Of a stretch of 64,000 bases of DNA, positions 9,479-19,597 are shown piece by piece. Location of the stretch: NCBI GenBank assembly GCA_965214095.1, contig OZ243938.1, positions 3,680,001 to 3,744,000 of the forward strand. Reading direction: 5' to 3'. The position numbers and the translations under genes are program-made. The stretch is from Candidatus Poribacteria bacterium. GTDB lineage: Bacteria; Poribacteria; WGA-4E; WGA-3G. The stretch's first letter is position 1. Every line of letters starts with the position of its first letter. Below the pieces are notes generated by a model, which saw nothing but the letters and a program-made list of their open reading frames with translations, ran no database searches and was not told the origin of the DNA.

Positions 9479-9697
9479 CAGGGTTATTTAGTTTTAGGTT
9501 TATCTTGTGTTTTTTTCACAAATGCTAAATGCCTCAAGCCGGTAGGTGCGGTTTCCTAACCGCACCGAATTTGTGCGAAAACCTTTCATAGTCATTATTC
9601 TTGTAGGTTCCAGTGCGGTTAGGAAACCGCACCTACCGGCCTGGGATTAACTTTCAGTAATCTCTATTCTGGAAAATACTTATAACTAATAACCCTG
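9479..9697. mobile_element. MITE with CAGGGTTATT...AATAACCCTG ends carrying an inverted REP pair
   Basis: 10-bp perfect terminal inverted repeat; REPs at ~9541 and ~9613; homologous to 29392..29571 and 2357.. Confidence 0.75.
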
Positions 9698-9856
9698 CCA
9701 CAACTCTGTTTCACCTTGACATAATTAATGCTACGATATATAATCCAATCATTGCACAAGTAAAGTTCTGATGAATAACAAAAGAAAATAATTCATGAGA
9801 ATTCAATGGTAATGATATCTCTAATCAAATAGTTAACTCAATATAGGTAAACCATA

Positions 9857-10222
9857 ATGGAACTATTAATTCATTTCTTTCTTAGAAGTATGACTCTTAT
9901 ATTGCAATTAGTATTTATGGCGTGTTTTCTGTTTTTATACATTAAAACAAAGTCTAAGGGAGTCATCCTGATTTGGATAACACTCCTTATTGGGAAAATC
10001 CTCCATTGGTTAACTTTCAGACTATACATAAATGTTTTCAGTAATAATTCTCGTATTGGTAGTATAAGCACTGTTGAGCTTTTCTCCATAACAAACCAGA
10101 TTATTGCTTGGTTAATTCTGTTACTATCTTCGTGTGGGATCATAATCATATATAATGAATGGAAGCAAGGTAAGTTTCAGAATACTTTGCCTATAGACAA
10201 ACCTGGAATTGATTTACGTTAG
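9857..10222 (+). CDS. Small AT-rich membrane protein (three predicted TM segments), function unknown
   Basis: 121-aa ORF with three hydrophobic stretches; AGGT RBS-like element upstream. Confidence 0.6.
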   Translation: MELLIHFFLRSMTLILQLVFMACFLFLYIKTKSKGVILIWITLLIGKILHWLTFRLYINVFSNNSRIGSISTVELFSITNQIIAWLILLLSSCGIIIIYNEWKQGKFQNTLPIDKPGIDLR

Positions 10223-10258
10223 AATCATATCAAACACAGAATTACCAATTGACCTTGA

Positions 10259-10939
10259 ATGAAAATCTTAGGTATTGACACCTCAACCCCTATCGGCAGT
10301 GTTGCTCTCATAGACGATGAGAACATAGTCGCCGAACATACCCTCAATATCGTCCAAGCCCATTCCTCCCGATTGATGCCTGCAATTGATACCGTTCTGA
10401 AATGGGGAGAGATTACCCCACACGAATTAGATGGTTGTGCAGTCGGTATTGGACCTGGTTCATTTACTGGCATCCGTATCGGCGTTGCAACAGCGAAATC
10501 ACTCTGCTACGCAGCAGACAAACCGATTGTCGGTGTATCAACATTAGAAGCAATTGCATATAATCTCCGATGGACTGATGGTCGTATCTGTCCGATTCTT
10601 GACGCACGACGTAGTGAAATCTACGGCAGTATCTTTCAAGGTGGCGAAAAATGGCAACGCGTTACTGACGATCTCTGCTTATCTATTGATGCATTTTTAG
10701 ATGAACTTGAAGGTCATATTTCATCGGACGCTACTCCCATTTTTGTAGGAGATGGACTTGCTACTTATGGAGATGTCATCCGTGAGCGGCTTGGTGAAAC
10801 GGTGCCGTTTGCAGATGCAATCTTTAATGTGCCACGTGGGTCAACTGTTGCGAAACTCGGCGCGCAACGTCTAAAACAAGGTGACACTGATAGTTATTGG
10901 ACTTTAGTGCCAAACTATGTTAGAATTGGGTTGTATTGA
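10259..10939 (+). CDS. tsaB: tRNA threonylcarbamoyladenosine biosynthesis protein TsaB
   Basis: ILGIDTST, HSSRLMPAI, GPGSFTGIRIG, DARRSEIY, LVPNYVR. Confidence 0.95.
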   Translation: MKILGIDTSTPIGSVALIDDENIVAEHTLNIVQAHSSRLMPAIDTVLKWGEITPHELDGCAVGIGPGSFTGIRIGVATAKSLCYAADKPIVGVSTLEAIAYNLRWTDGRICPILDARRSEIYGSIFQGGEKWQRVTDDLCLSIDAFLDELEGHISSDATPIFVGDGLATYGDVIRERLGETVPFADAIFNVPRGSTVAKLGAQRLKQGDTDSYWTLVPNYVRIGLY

Positions 10940-11010
10940 TTCTGGATACAAACCTACATTGATATTAATCTTGGATAACCTACCTGTGTTTCTCTTGATT
11001 CTACCATGAC

Positions 11011-12435
11011 ATGAACCGTATTCTAAAAAATACATCTACGTTGTTCGGTGCACACCTTCTCGGTGGCTTTAGTTCGCTCATATTAACGCTTTGGTTGATG
11101 CCTCAGTTTTTTTCGGAGAGCGAATTAGGTGGCTACTTTGTTGCAATCGCCTTAACCAACCTGATCGCAAGTCTAACAGAACTCGGCATACAAAACCCAT
11201 TAATCCGTGAAATGACACTCAATCTACCCCAAACGCGTCATTTTCTCGGTAACGCGCTTCTTGTGCGACTTGTCTTGTCTATTGTGGCATACACACTCAT
11301 GATTGTCTTCGGTATCATTTTGTGGTCTACCTCAACAATCGTTACAATGGTCGTCTATTTAGGGGTAGCAGAGATTGTCAATTCCATCGCACAACTCTAT
11401 AGATGCGTCTTCCGAGCGCATGAAGAGATGAAATACGAAGCATTTACAGTACTGGCAGAACGTGGAACACTATTTCTCGTGGGTGGTGGTGCAATCCTAC
11501 TCGGATACAACATTGTAAATGTATGTCAAGTTTGGTTATTAACAGGTTGTCTTAACCTTGTTCTGAGTATTGCATTTGCGCGATTCCGTTTCACACCGCT
11601 AAGTTTTAAACCGAGTCGGAAGGTGATAGTCGTACTGATGCAGCAAGCACTTCCCTTTGCAGTTGGTAACTTGTTCAATTTAGTCTATTTTCGGATTGAT
11701 GCAATCATGCTGTCAAAACTTAGTCCGGACGGCGTAGATGCGAACACTTGGTATGGATTAGCATATACGTTAGTCAACGCTTTAACAACCTTACCGGGCG
11801 CATTTCTGATGGGGGCAATGTTTCCTGTGCTATCTCGTTTGTATGTAAATGAACGCGATAGGTTACCGCAAGCATACACATTCGCTGTGCGGTGGATGGT
11901 AATATGTGGGGTGCCATTAGCAATTGGACTTGCCACACTCTCACACGAAATTCCAAATCTGCTGTTTTCTTATCGGTATACACCAGGGACTATAGAGAAG
12001 ATTTCCTCTGCATTATTATGGTTAAGTGCAACAGGTGGCATGGTTTTCTTGTCAACTGTCGTTATAACAATGCTTCGCGCTGCGGATAAACGCCGTGTGT
12101 TTTCAATACTTATGGGAACAACGGCACTCTTGAACATCGTATTGAACTTTATACTGATACCGCGCTTCAACCACGTAGGTGCAGCAATTGCAATGGTAAT
12201 CAGTGAGATATATCTGTTGATCATCGGGTTTAGTTACATTTCCAAACGGATCGCCAAACTGACTGAAATTGGATTTATATTCAAGGTTGTTCTCATTTCT
12301 GCTGTAATGGGAATAGGTTTGGTGTTGTTGAAGGGGATGTTGTCTATTTGGATTTTGATTCCGTTGGCGATGGTTTTCTATTTCGGTGCAATCGTGTGTT
12401 GGGGTGAGTTTTGGATTGGGTTTGAGTTTGATTAG
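11011..12435 (+). CDS. Wzx-type oligosaccharide flippase (MOP superfamily)
   Basis: ~14 TM segments; ELGI...IRE, YFRIDAIML and LNFILIPRF..VGAAIA motifs. Confidence 0.85.
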   Translation: MNRILKNTSTLFGAHLLGGFSSLILTLWLMPQFFSESELGGYFVAIALTNLIASLTELGIQNPLIREMTLNLPQTRHFLGNALLVRLVLSIVAYTLMIVFGIILWSTSTIVTMVVYLGVAEIVNSIAQLYRCVFRAHEEMKYEAFTVLAERGTLFLVGGGAILLGYNIVNVCQVWLLTGCLNLVLSIAFARFRFTPLSFKPSRKVIVVLMQQALPFAVGNLFNLVYFRIDAIMLSKLSPDGVDANTWYGLAYTLVNALTTLPGAFLMGAMFPVLSRLYVNERDRLPQAYTFAVRWMVICGVPLAIGLATLSHEIPNLLFSYRYTPGTIEKISSALLWLSATGGMVFLSTVVITMLRAADKRRVFSILMGTTALLNIVLNFILIPRFNHVGAAIAMVISEIYLLIIGFSYISKRIAKLTEIGFIFKVVLISAVMGIGLVLLKGMLSIWILIPLAMVFYFGAIVCWGEFWIGFEFD

Positions 12436-12522
12436 TGTAGGGGGAGTCACACGGTTCAGGAAATGCTGCGGAAATGAATGCATTTTAAGTATGTCAATAC
12501 ATTCCGATTGATGAATTACACT

Positions 12523-12843
12523 TCACGGTTCAATATAGACAATTTGTTGAGGTAGAATGGATTTTAGTACTTCGCGTAACTGTGGCATTAAGGGAAGTAA
12601 AGTATCCAACCTGTTCCTATATGTAACAAGTACAATAACGGCAATGTCAAAACGGTCAAGATTCTGTTGATATTCAATGTTTCTGTCGGCAGTAAGCCAG
12701 ACATCAAATTCTTTTTCTGCTAAGTGGAGCAAGTCACCATTTTCTATGCCAGACCAACCCTTTTCTTGAACGGTAAATACAGTATGTCCACGCAACTCTT
12801 GCTTAAGTCTTTTTGGTAGGCATTCATCAATCAGAATATACAT
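12523..12843 (-). CDS. DUF5615 family PIN-like toxin
   Basis: ILIDECLP...GWSGIENGDLL...LTADRN; overlaps the DUF433 gene. Confidence 0.85.
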   Translation of the reverse strand: MYILIDECLPKRLKQELRGHTVFTVQEKGWSGIENGDLLHLAEKEFDVWLTADRNIEYQQNLDRFDIAVIVLVTYRNRLDTLLPLMPQLREVLKSILPQQIVYIEP

Positions 12844-13078
12844 TTGCTTGCGAGAGTAGTATTTCCTTTGCTAATTCAAGTGCTTGGACCGCTTGCTTTC
12901 GGCTGACAGAAGGAAAATCTTCCAAAAATTCGTCTAGGTTATCACCTGCTTCCAAATAGTCAATAAGGTTTTTAATCGGAACACGCGTGTTTTTAAAGAC
13001 AGGCGTGCCACTCATAATCCGCGGATTACAAGTAATGAGGTTGTAAAATGCCTGAGTTGTCTGTTTATCAAAATTCAT
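12827..13078 (-). CDS. DUF433 family antitoxin
   Basis: IMSGTPVFKNTRVP...AGDNLDEFLEDFPSV. Confidence 0.9.
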   Translation of the reverse strand: MNFDKQTTQAFYNLITCNPRIMSGTPVFKNTRVPIKNLIDYLEAGDNLDEFLEDFPSVSRKQAVQALELAKEILLSQANVYSD

Positions 13079-13208
13079 GTGTGAATTCTCCTAAAGGGTT
13101 GTTTGGTGTTTATTAAAAATACCACAAAAACACAGAAATTGCCAACATTTGTTCATCTGACCTGAAGATCCGATATGATAACTTTTACCCCGTATAGAGA
13201 AATAATGC

Positions 13209-14480
13209 TCATGTATACAATTCCTGCAGCACTTCAAAATAATCTGGAAAAGTCTTACTAACGCAATCAGGGTCTTTAATCTGAATACCCGGTACTTTCA
13301 ACCCGATAAGTGAGAATGCCATCGCAACGCGGTGGTCACTATAAGTATCAATCGCTGTCGGAGTGATTGAGGAAGGTGAAATTTCAAGTCCATCTCGATG
13401 TTCAACCACATCTACACCTAATTTTTGTAGTTCCGTCACCATTGCGTGGATTCTATCTGTCTCCTGCCAGCGCGTATGCTCAATGTTTCGGATAGAGACT
13501 TTGCTATCGGCAAACGGTGCAATCGCAGCGAGGGTTAATGCGGTATCTGATATATCCTTCATATCCACATCAATACCCTTCAACCGATGCGGTCCCTGGA
13601 CAGTTATTCCTGCATCCGATACAGAAACCTGACACCCCATCTGCTCTAAGACGTGCACAAATTGCACATCACCCTGTACGGAATCTGTGGATATATGCTG
13701 GACAGTAACACAACCACCCGTGAGTGCAGCTGCAGCGAAAAAGTATGATGCACTGGACGCATCCGGTTCAATGTAGTATGCACGTGGTTGATACTGCTGT
13801 CCACCTGCGATATGGAAATGTCTATAGTCTTTGTGCGAAACCTGCACACCGAACGTTTCCATAACTGCCAGCGTAATGTCAATATAAGGTGTTTTTAGAT
13901 CTCCGATAACCTCTATCTCCATACCCGTTTCGGCGTAGGGGGCGACGAGTAACAATGCGGTTAGAAACTGACTGCTTTTGCTGGCATCAATTGTAGTTTT
14001 TCTTCCTTTTAGTCCATCTGCTTCAACGATGATAGGGAGATGACCGTTCTCATATTGCGAATAAGCGGAAACACCGAGTTGCGTCAGGGCATCAAGTAAA
14101 TCTGACATAGGACGGCTGTGACGCATCGGTTCATCACCATCGAGCACAAATTCTCCGTGTCCGAGAGAGACATAACTGATAAGTGAACGGGTTGTTGTGC
14201 CTGAGTTGCCTACATAGAGTTCCGCGCCGTGGACAGGTATATTCTCACCATTTCCTATGACGTTGAAGGTGGATTGTTCCCTATTTTCCGATATTTGAAT
14301 ACCGAGTTTACGGAGTGCGTTGCACATATAGTGTGTGTCATCGCTGAAAAGGGCACCAGTCAACGTGGAGTTTCCGTTTGCAAGTGCAGCGACTAACAAC
14401 GCACGGTTTGTAAAACTTTTGGAGCCAGGAACTGCGATTGTAACGTTAGGCGGGTTTTGAATCGGTTGAATTGCTCTCAT
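13209..14480 (-). CDS. aroA: 3-phosphoshikimate 1-carboxyvinyltransferase (EPSP synthase)
   Basis: PGSKSFTNRAL, GNSGTT, SSQFLTALL, ETDRI, DHRVAMAF, KTFPDYF. Confidence 0.97.
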   Translation of the reverse strand: MRAIQPIQNPPNVTIAVPGSKSFTNRALLVAALANGNSTLTGALFSDDTHYMCNALRKLGIQISENREQSTFNVIGNGENIPVHGAELYVGNSGTTTRSLISYVSLGHGEFVLDGDEPMRHSRPMSDLLDALTQLGVSAYSQYENGHLPIIVEADGLKGRKTTIDASKSSQFLTALLLVAPYAETGMEIEVIGDLKTPYIDITLAVMETFGVQVSHKDYRHFHIAGGQQYQPRAYYIEPDASSASYFFAAAALTGGCVTVQHISTDSVQGDVQFVHVLEQMGCQVSVSDAGITVQGPHRLKGIDVDMKDISDTALTLAAIAPFADSKVSIRNIEHTRWQETDRIHAMVTELQKLGVDVVEHRDGLEISPSSITPTAIDTYSDHRVAMAFSLIGLKVPGIQIKDPDCVSKTFPDYFEVLQELYT

Positions 14481-14498
14481 TATGTTTTGGCATTGTTC

Positions 14499-15398
14499 TT
14501 AGGACAATAATCCTAACTCGATGAGTAATTCTTTGAGTTCTGCTTTTTCTGTATCATTTAGTGGCAGCAATGGACTTGTGGTATATGCGTTGCAGACACC
14601 CAAAATCTCCAAGCAGGCTTTCATACCGCTTACACCTTGTCCGTAGGAATAAAGTTTACTAAGTTGGATCATCCATTTTTGTAGTCGGTCAACTTCATTG
14701 ATATTACGTGCTTTCGCGGCATTGTAGAGGTCAACAGATTCTTTTGGAGCGACGTTTGAAATGGAGATAACACCACCATCAGCACCGAATAACACTGCTG
14801 CTCCGATGATATAATGCGAACCGATGAAAATGGCGAAATCGTCTCGTTCACCGAGCAGGGAAAGTAGATTCAGACAGTTTATCCAATCACCTGAACTATC
14901 CTTCATCCCAACAATATTTTCACAATCATCTGCGAGTTGTGCAACAATCTGCGGTTTGATGGCAGTCTTAGCGGTAGATGGAATGTTATATATTAGAACA
15001 GGAAGGTCAGTGCTTGCTGCGATAGCTTGATAGAATTGTATAATGTCGGCATCATCAGTAGATGGATAATAATAGCCGGGTGTAGAAGCAACAGCATCTA
15101 CATCATATTGTTGTGCGATTTCAATGTTTTGGATCACCCGTTGCGTGCTTGTATCCATCACACAACAGATTATAGGCACGCGTCCTGCGACAGTCTTGGT
15201 TGCAATGTCTAATGCCCGTTCACGTTCTGCATTTGTCAATGTCGTAAACTCACCAGAAGAACCCAATAGATAAATGCCGTGAACACCGTTGTCAATAAGT
15301 CGGTTAAGTTGTTTGACAAAGCTGAGTTCATCAACAGATTCCTTTTCGTCAATCGGTGTTACTGTTGGTGTAAAAATACCTTCGTATCTGATATTCAT
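14499..15398 (-). CDS. DapA/NAL family aldolase or dehydratase
   Basis: GSSGE, YNIP and KDSS (Schiff-base Lys) motifs; substrate cannot be assigned. Confidence 0.85.
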   Translation of the reverse strand: MNIRYEGIFTPTVTPIDEKESVDELSFVKQLNRLIDNGVHGIYLLGSSGEFTTLTNAERERALDIATKTVAGRVPIICCVMDTSTQRVIQNIEIAQQYDVDAVASTPGYYYPSTDDADIIQFYQAIAASTDLPVLIYNIPSTAKTAIKPQIVAQLADDCENIVGMKDSSGDWINCLNLLSLLGERDDFAIFIGSHYIIGAAVLFGADGGVISISNVAPKESVDLYNAAKARNINEVDRLQKWMIQLSKLYSYGQGVSGMKACLEILGVCNAYTTSPLLPLNDTEKAELKELLIELGLLS

Positions 15399-15413
15399 AA
15401 ACCCTCTTTTATG

Positions 15414-15516
15414 TATAGTGAATTATAAATATAAGTTGACACTTTCGTCCCACGGTAGGCGAGGTTTCCTAACCTCGCCGATGCAGAGTGTTCAAGTAAT
15501 TTCAAAATCTACTATA
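15414..15516. mobile_element. 103-bp TA-bounded MITE (TATAGTGAATT...AATCTACTATA) with an internal REP hairpin
   Basis: Near-identical copies at 7117 (truncated), 31521 and 62573 (inverted). Confidence 0.85.
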
Positions 15517-15632
15517 TTATTGGATTAATGCTTGATTGCAGTTTAACAAAAGGGTAAATAAATGTCAATAAATTCTATAAATGTGCTATCATAAATATCG
15601 GACATTTAACCGAACTACGGGCAAATAAATCA

Positions 15633-17423
15633 ATGACTATCCGAACACAACTCACACTTAGCTACATAGGTATCGTTCTGCTGGTGCTATTAGGAATGGG
15701 TCTTTATCTCGGTAATGCACTTAGAGGTGTGTTGAGTGATCGCATTACGGACGAGTTGAAAGTGCAGGCGGCATTGAGCAGAGAATTTCTTCTCGTGGAA
15801 CTTCCTGAAACCGATAGTTTTTCTCATAAAGTAATAGATGGTCTTGTTGATAGACTGGGAGAGACAGGGAAGATGCGATTGACATTCATCGGTAAAGATG
15901 GTACCGTTTGGGGTGATACAGAACGAGATGGAGTATCACTAATTGAGATGGAGAACCATTTATCGCGACCAGAGGTACAGAAAGCAATTATGCATGGGTA
16001 TGGCATGACTGAACGTGAAAGTGCCACAACACAGACAGAATATCGCTATTTTACGCTTCCAATAGAAAGAGATGGAGAAACAATAGGTTTTTGTCGTGTT
16101 GCAATGCCGATGGAGACCATAAATACAGCACTCGGTAACCAGCGACGTATGTTGTTATACGCTACTATAGCAGGTTCTGTTCTCGCAATTATATTTGGGA
16201 TACTTAGCACTGGTGCAATTGTCAAACCAATTAAACGATTGACACAGACTACACAATCCATTGCTGCCGGAGAAACGACATCCAAGGTTGAGGTAAAATC
16301 TAACAATGAACTTGGACAACTGCTTCAAAACTTCAACCTGATGACTGATAGAGTGGAGCAGCAGATTGAACAGGTTTCAGTTGAAAACCAACGTTTGGAA
16401 TCCATTCTGAACAATATGGGTGAAGGGGTATTACTCGTCAACGAAGCATCTGAGATTACTTATGCTAATCCGGCATCAATTGTAATGTTAAACCTACCTG
16501 AAATGTATGTTGGAAGAGCTTTGATAGAAATCAATCGCATTCCTGAACTACAAGCGTTGCTCTCTGAGGCTGAGCAGACAAGTTCCGTTGCCTTTGCAGA
16601 GATACGTCTTGCAAATGTGCAAGCATCAGAAGCGGAGGTTACTATTGTACCAGTCGCTGCAAAGAGTGAGTATGTCATTGTTATTCATGATGTTAGTCAT
16701 GTTCGTCAACTGGAGCGGATCCGTGCTGATTTCGTTGCAAACGTCTCACATGAATTGCGAACACCCTTGACTACAATTCAGGGATACGCTGAAACCTTAC
16801 TGAACAGCGAGTCAAAAAAGAGCAAAAAACGCAAAGATTTTATTGTTAAGATACTAAATCATTCTAATCGTCTTTCACGGTTGGTTTCCGATTTGTTGGA
16901 GTTGGCACGATTGGAATCGGGAGACGTGGAATTGAAAGTAGCACCAAGCCATTTGAATGCTTTCTATGAACAGATTATGGATGTCTTTGAACCTGTATTG
17001 GAAGAATCAGAATTGGTTTTGAAATGGGATATTCCGGATGAGTTGCCTCATGTAAATATAGACCAACAGTTATTCATGCAGGTTTTTATCAATCTTATTG
17101 ACAATGCTATTAAATATACTCCGGATGGGGGTGAGATTGAAATTTCAGCGAAAATTCATCCAACAAACGCGGAAAGTGCTGATGAATTGGTCGTGCATAT
17201 AAAAGACTCTGGTATTGGGATTCCATTGGAGTCGCAATCTCGTGTTTTTGAGCGTTTTTATCGCGTTGATAAAGGACGCGCACGTAAGATGGGTGGCACG
17301 GGTTTAGGCTTGGCAATTACCAAACATATTCTGCTACGTCACAACGGACGGATATGGTTGGAAAGTGAGTTGGGACAAGGCACGGTGTTCTATTTTGCAT
17401 TACCAATCCTACCAACAGATTAA
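15633..17423 (+). CDS. PhoR-like sensor histidine kinase (TM-Cache-TM-HAMP-PAS-HisKA-HATPase)
   Basis: DFVANVSHELRTPLTTIQGYAETL, NLIDNAIKYT, FERFYRVDKGRAR..GGTGLGLAI; no adjacent response regulator. Confidence 0.9.
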   Translation: MTIRTQLTLSYIGIVLLVLLGMGLYLGNALRGVLSDRITDELKVQAALSREFLLVELPETDSFSHKVIDGLVDRLGETGKMRLTFIGKDGTVWGDTERDGVSLIEMENHLSRPEVQKAIMHGYGMTERESATTQTEYRYFTLPIERDGETIGFCRVAMPMETINTALGNQRRMLLYATIAGSVLAIIFGILSTGAIVKPIKRLTQTTQSIAAGETTSKVEVKSNNELGQLLQNFNLMTDRVEQQIEQVSVENQRLESILNNMGEGVLLVNEASEITYANPASIVMLNLPEMYVGRALIEINRIPELQALLSEAEQTSSVAFAEIRLANVQASEAEVTIVPVAAKSEYVIVIHDVSHVRQLERIRADFVANVSHELRTPLTTIQGYAETLLNSESKKSKKRKDFIVKILNHSNRLSRLVSDLLELARLESGDVELKVAPSHLNAFYEQIMDVFEPVLEESELVLKWDIPDELPHVNIDQQLFMQVFINLIDNAIKYTPDGGEIEISAKIHPTNAESADELVVHIKDSGIGIPLESQSRVFERFYRVDKGRARKMGGTGLGLAITKHILLRHNGRIWLESELGQGTVFYFALPILPTD

Positions 17424-18097
17424 ATTTCCCACTGTTGTTCTGTCCACGCCATTTCCCAGAACAGGTATTCATAACGACTGCTAAGGTGGAAATGGTGCTT
17501 TAGTCTCTCTTTTTCCGCTGGACTACTTTCTAATGTAATTTCGTTTAACAGCTGGCGCAGCCATTCACCTAATGAAAGGAATTCAGGAGAAGCATACATA
17601 TCAATCCATTCTTGGTATAGTGGTTCGGGAGAACCCCCTTGTTCAGCAAGGTTTGTGCCGATTTCTGCATAACCCCATTGACATGGCAGCACACCAGCAA
17701 TCACATCTGCTAATGTACCTGTTTGTGCGACGTTTAGTATGTGTCGCGTATATGCATGGGTTGTCGGTGCCATCGGTGCTGCTTCCATTTCAGCAGGTGT
17801 TATTCCGAATTTCTCGCAATATCCGCGATGCAAATCCATTTCGGTGTTCAAGGTTTCATTTAGCAATTTGGCAAAGAGTGCCATCGTCTTTTCATCAGGT
17901 GCTTTGATAACACCATGTGCAAACACGCGGCTATAATCCAGTAAGAACAGGTAATCTTGGATGAGGTAGAACTTGAATTTATCTTTAGGTAGGCTCCCAT
18001 CTGCGATACCACGGACGAATGGATGTTTTAGGTCTGCTTCCCAAATAGGTGCAGCATATTGACGTAGTTTATCGGTGAATTTGGTTTGTTGTGTCAT
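17420..18097 (-). CDS. tenA: Thiaminase II
   Basis: HPFVRGIADGSL, YLIQDYLFL, LPCQWGY (catalytic Cys), YEYLFWEMA; stop codon overlaps the kinase stop (TTAA). Confidence 0.93.
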   Translation of the reverse strand: MTQQTKFTDKLRQYAAPIWEADLKHPFVRGIADGSLPKDKFKFYLIQDYLFLLDYSRVFAHGVIKAPDEKTMALFAKLLNETLNTEMDLHRGYCEKFGITPAEMEAAPMAPTTHAYTRHILNVAQTGTLADVIAGVLPCQWGYAEIGTNLAEQGGSPEPLYQEWIDMYASPEFLSLGEWLRQLLNEITLESSPAEKERLKHHFHLSSRYEYLFWEMAWTEQQWEI

Positions 18098-18214
18098 ATA
18101 GTCTCCTTGAAAATGGAATAGGACTCAATTATAGATTTAATTATTTACACACTACGGTAGGTTCGGTTTCCTAACCGCTTCCCCAGGACGGTAGGTTCGG
18201 TTTCCTAACCGACC

Positions 18215-18386
18215 CATAAGCGTCAATTTAGCGTCCTTCCAAGTACCGGTAGGTTCGGTTTCCTAACCGAACCGGCTTTGTGCCAAATACCTTCATAGAG
18301 GTTCTCGCATAGGATCCGGTTCGGTTAGGAAACCGAACCTACCGGCCTGGGATTATAGCGTGATTCCCCTTAAATTGACGCCTATG
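18215..18386. mobile_element. 172-bp non-autonomous MITE with the same ends as the IS4 element and a 20-bp target duplication
   Basis: CATAAGCGTCAATTTAG...CTTAAATTGACGCCTATG, flanked by GTTCGGTTTCCTAACCGACC at 18195-18214 and 18387-18406; internal inverted REP pair. Confidence 0.9.
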
Positions 18387-18534
18387 GTTCGGTTTCCTAA
18401 CCGACCCGGTGTTTGTTCTGTCTCATAGTCAGGCAGAATGCGCGTATGGCATTCTGCATTGGTTAGGAAACCGCATCTACCGGGGAGTGTGCATGTATTT
18501 TTACATTTTACTATAATAACACGAGGATGTCAAA

Positions 18535-19455
18535 ATGTTTGAAAGACTTGGAATAGTTACCAATATCTGGGCGAAAGAGATGGAAGATGGTGCTCGTTTT
18601 GATGATTTGATGGTGCTGTTCGGAGAAAACGGATTTAGAGAAATGGAGGTACGTGAAGGTGATTATCTGCGTAACTCCGAATTCGGGGTTCTTATTACAG
18701 CACTTGAAGAAGCGATGCTTGTATATTCTGATAACGAGTTTAAATCTATCTGTGATGCAGTGTGGAACGGTCCTACTACTACCACTACTACAGATGGGTT
18801 TAATCTGAATGATACGGAACACGTCAAACTCTTTGAGGAGCTTGTGGATTTTGTTCAGAAAGCATCAGGATTGACACTCAGTTATGCCATGTCGCATCCT
18901 TGGCTTTCAGCACCACATGATATACAAGCAGATAATCAAAAGATAGTCATTGCCAAGAAATTGGCATATCTGTTGTGTCCAGCGCGGGCAAGGTTGCGTC
19001 TTGTTGATTTAGACACTGAAGGTGAGATTGACGAAAATATTGCGATTGATAACCTGAAACGATACAATACATTACTGCCTGAATATCCAACGGTTTTTGC
19101 CGTGGAAAACGCGCGTCAATCAGCAACGTTGACCTTGGAATTGGCTGTTACCGGTAGTGCAAAACTCACTTATGACGAAACAAATACATATCTTGCTGAT
19201 GGAACGACTATCAATTCACCAGAGGAATTCTGGAGAGAAGTGGAAATGGACGACCTAACATCAGTGCATTTCAAACAGAAAACTGAGGTAGGTGTTTTAT
19301 CAGAAGTAGGGGATGGATTCGTAGATTTTAAGGCTATTGCACATCATTTGCAATCTGGGAACTATACTGGTGATCTGTTGCTTGAAAATGCACCCACTAC
19401 ACAATCGTTGACCGATGCATTAAATAGTCGGGAGTATCTACTTGAATGCCTGTAA
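18535..19455 (+). CDS. Xylose isomerase-like/AP-endonuclease-2 TIM-barrel protein
   Basis: Metal-ligand pattern AVENA, TYDE, VHFKQ, VGDGFVDF, LLLE. Confidence 0.7.
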   Translation: MFERLGIVTNIWAKEMEDGARFDDLMVLFGENGFREMEVREGDYLRNSEFGVLITALEEAMLVYSDNEFKSICDAVWNGPTTTTTTDGFNLNDTEHVKLFEELVDFVQKASGLTLSYAMSHPWLSAPHDIQADNQKIVIAKKLAYLLCPARARLRLVDLDTEGEIDENIAIDNLKRYNTLLPEYPTVFAVENARQSATLTLELAVTGSAKLTYDETNTYLADGTTINSPEEFWREVEMDDLTSVHFKQKTEVGVLSEVGDGFVDFKAIAHHLQSGNYTGDLLLENAPTTQSLTDALNSREYLLECL

Positions 19456-19477
19456 AGCTATTTCATTTAATTTAGAG

Positions 19478-19507
19478 TTGCATTTTCTCAGCAACTTCTG
19501 ATATAAT
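19478..19507 (+). promoter_or_regulatory. sigma70-type promoter (TTGCAT; extended -10 TGnTATAAT) of the LamG gene
   Basis: TTGCAT at 19478-19483, TG at 19499-19500, TATAAT at 19502-19507. Confidence 0.6.
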
Positions 19508-19514
19508 GACAAAT

Positions 19515-19584
19515 GACATATCAAAATGATAGAAGATACATCAAAATGATAGAAGATACATCAAAATGATAGAAGACATATCAA
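19515..19584 (+). repeat. 20-bp tandem repeat x3.5 in the 5' leader
   Basis: GA(C/T)A(T/C)ATCAAAATGATAGAA units between the -10 box and the RBS. Confidence 0.9.
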
Positions 19585-19597
19585 TAAGGAGTTTAGA

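Noticed and set aside
15289-15528. Repeated small ORF IVNYKYKLTLS..GRR.FLTSPMQS (also 31516..31716)
   Set aside because: This is just an open frame through the 103-bp MITE, with no consistent start or RBS.
18098-18530. TPP riboswitch upstream of tenA
   Set aside because: No CUGAGA/ACCUG core is visible on the minus strand; the region is REP/MITE sequence. An Rfam scan would confirm.
18772-18792. Poly-Thr microsatellite as a phase-variation tract
   Set aside because: Mixed in-frame codons (ACT/ACC/ACA); slippage would not shift the frame.
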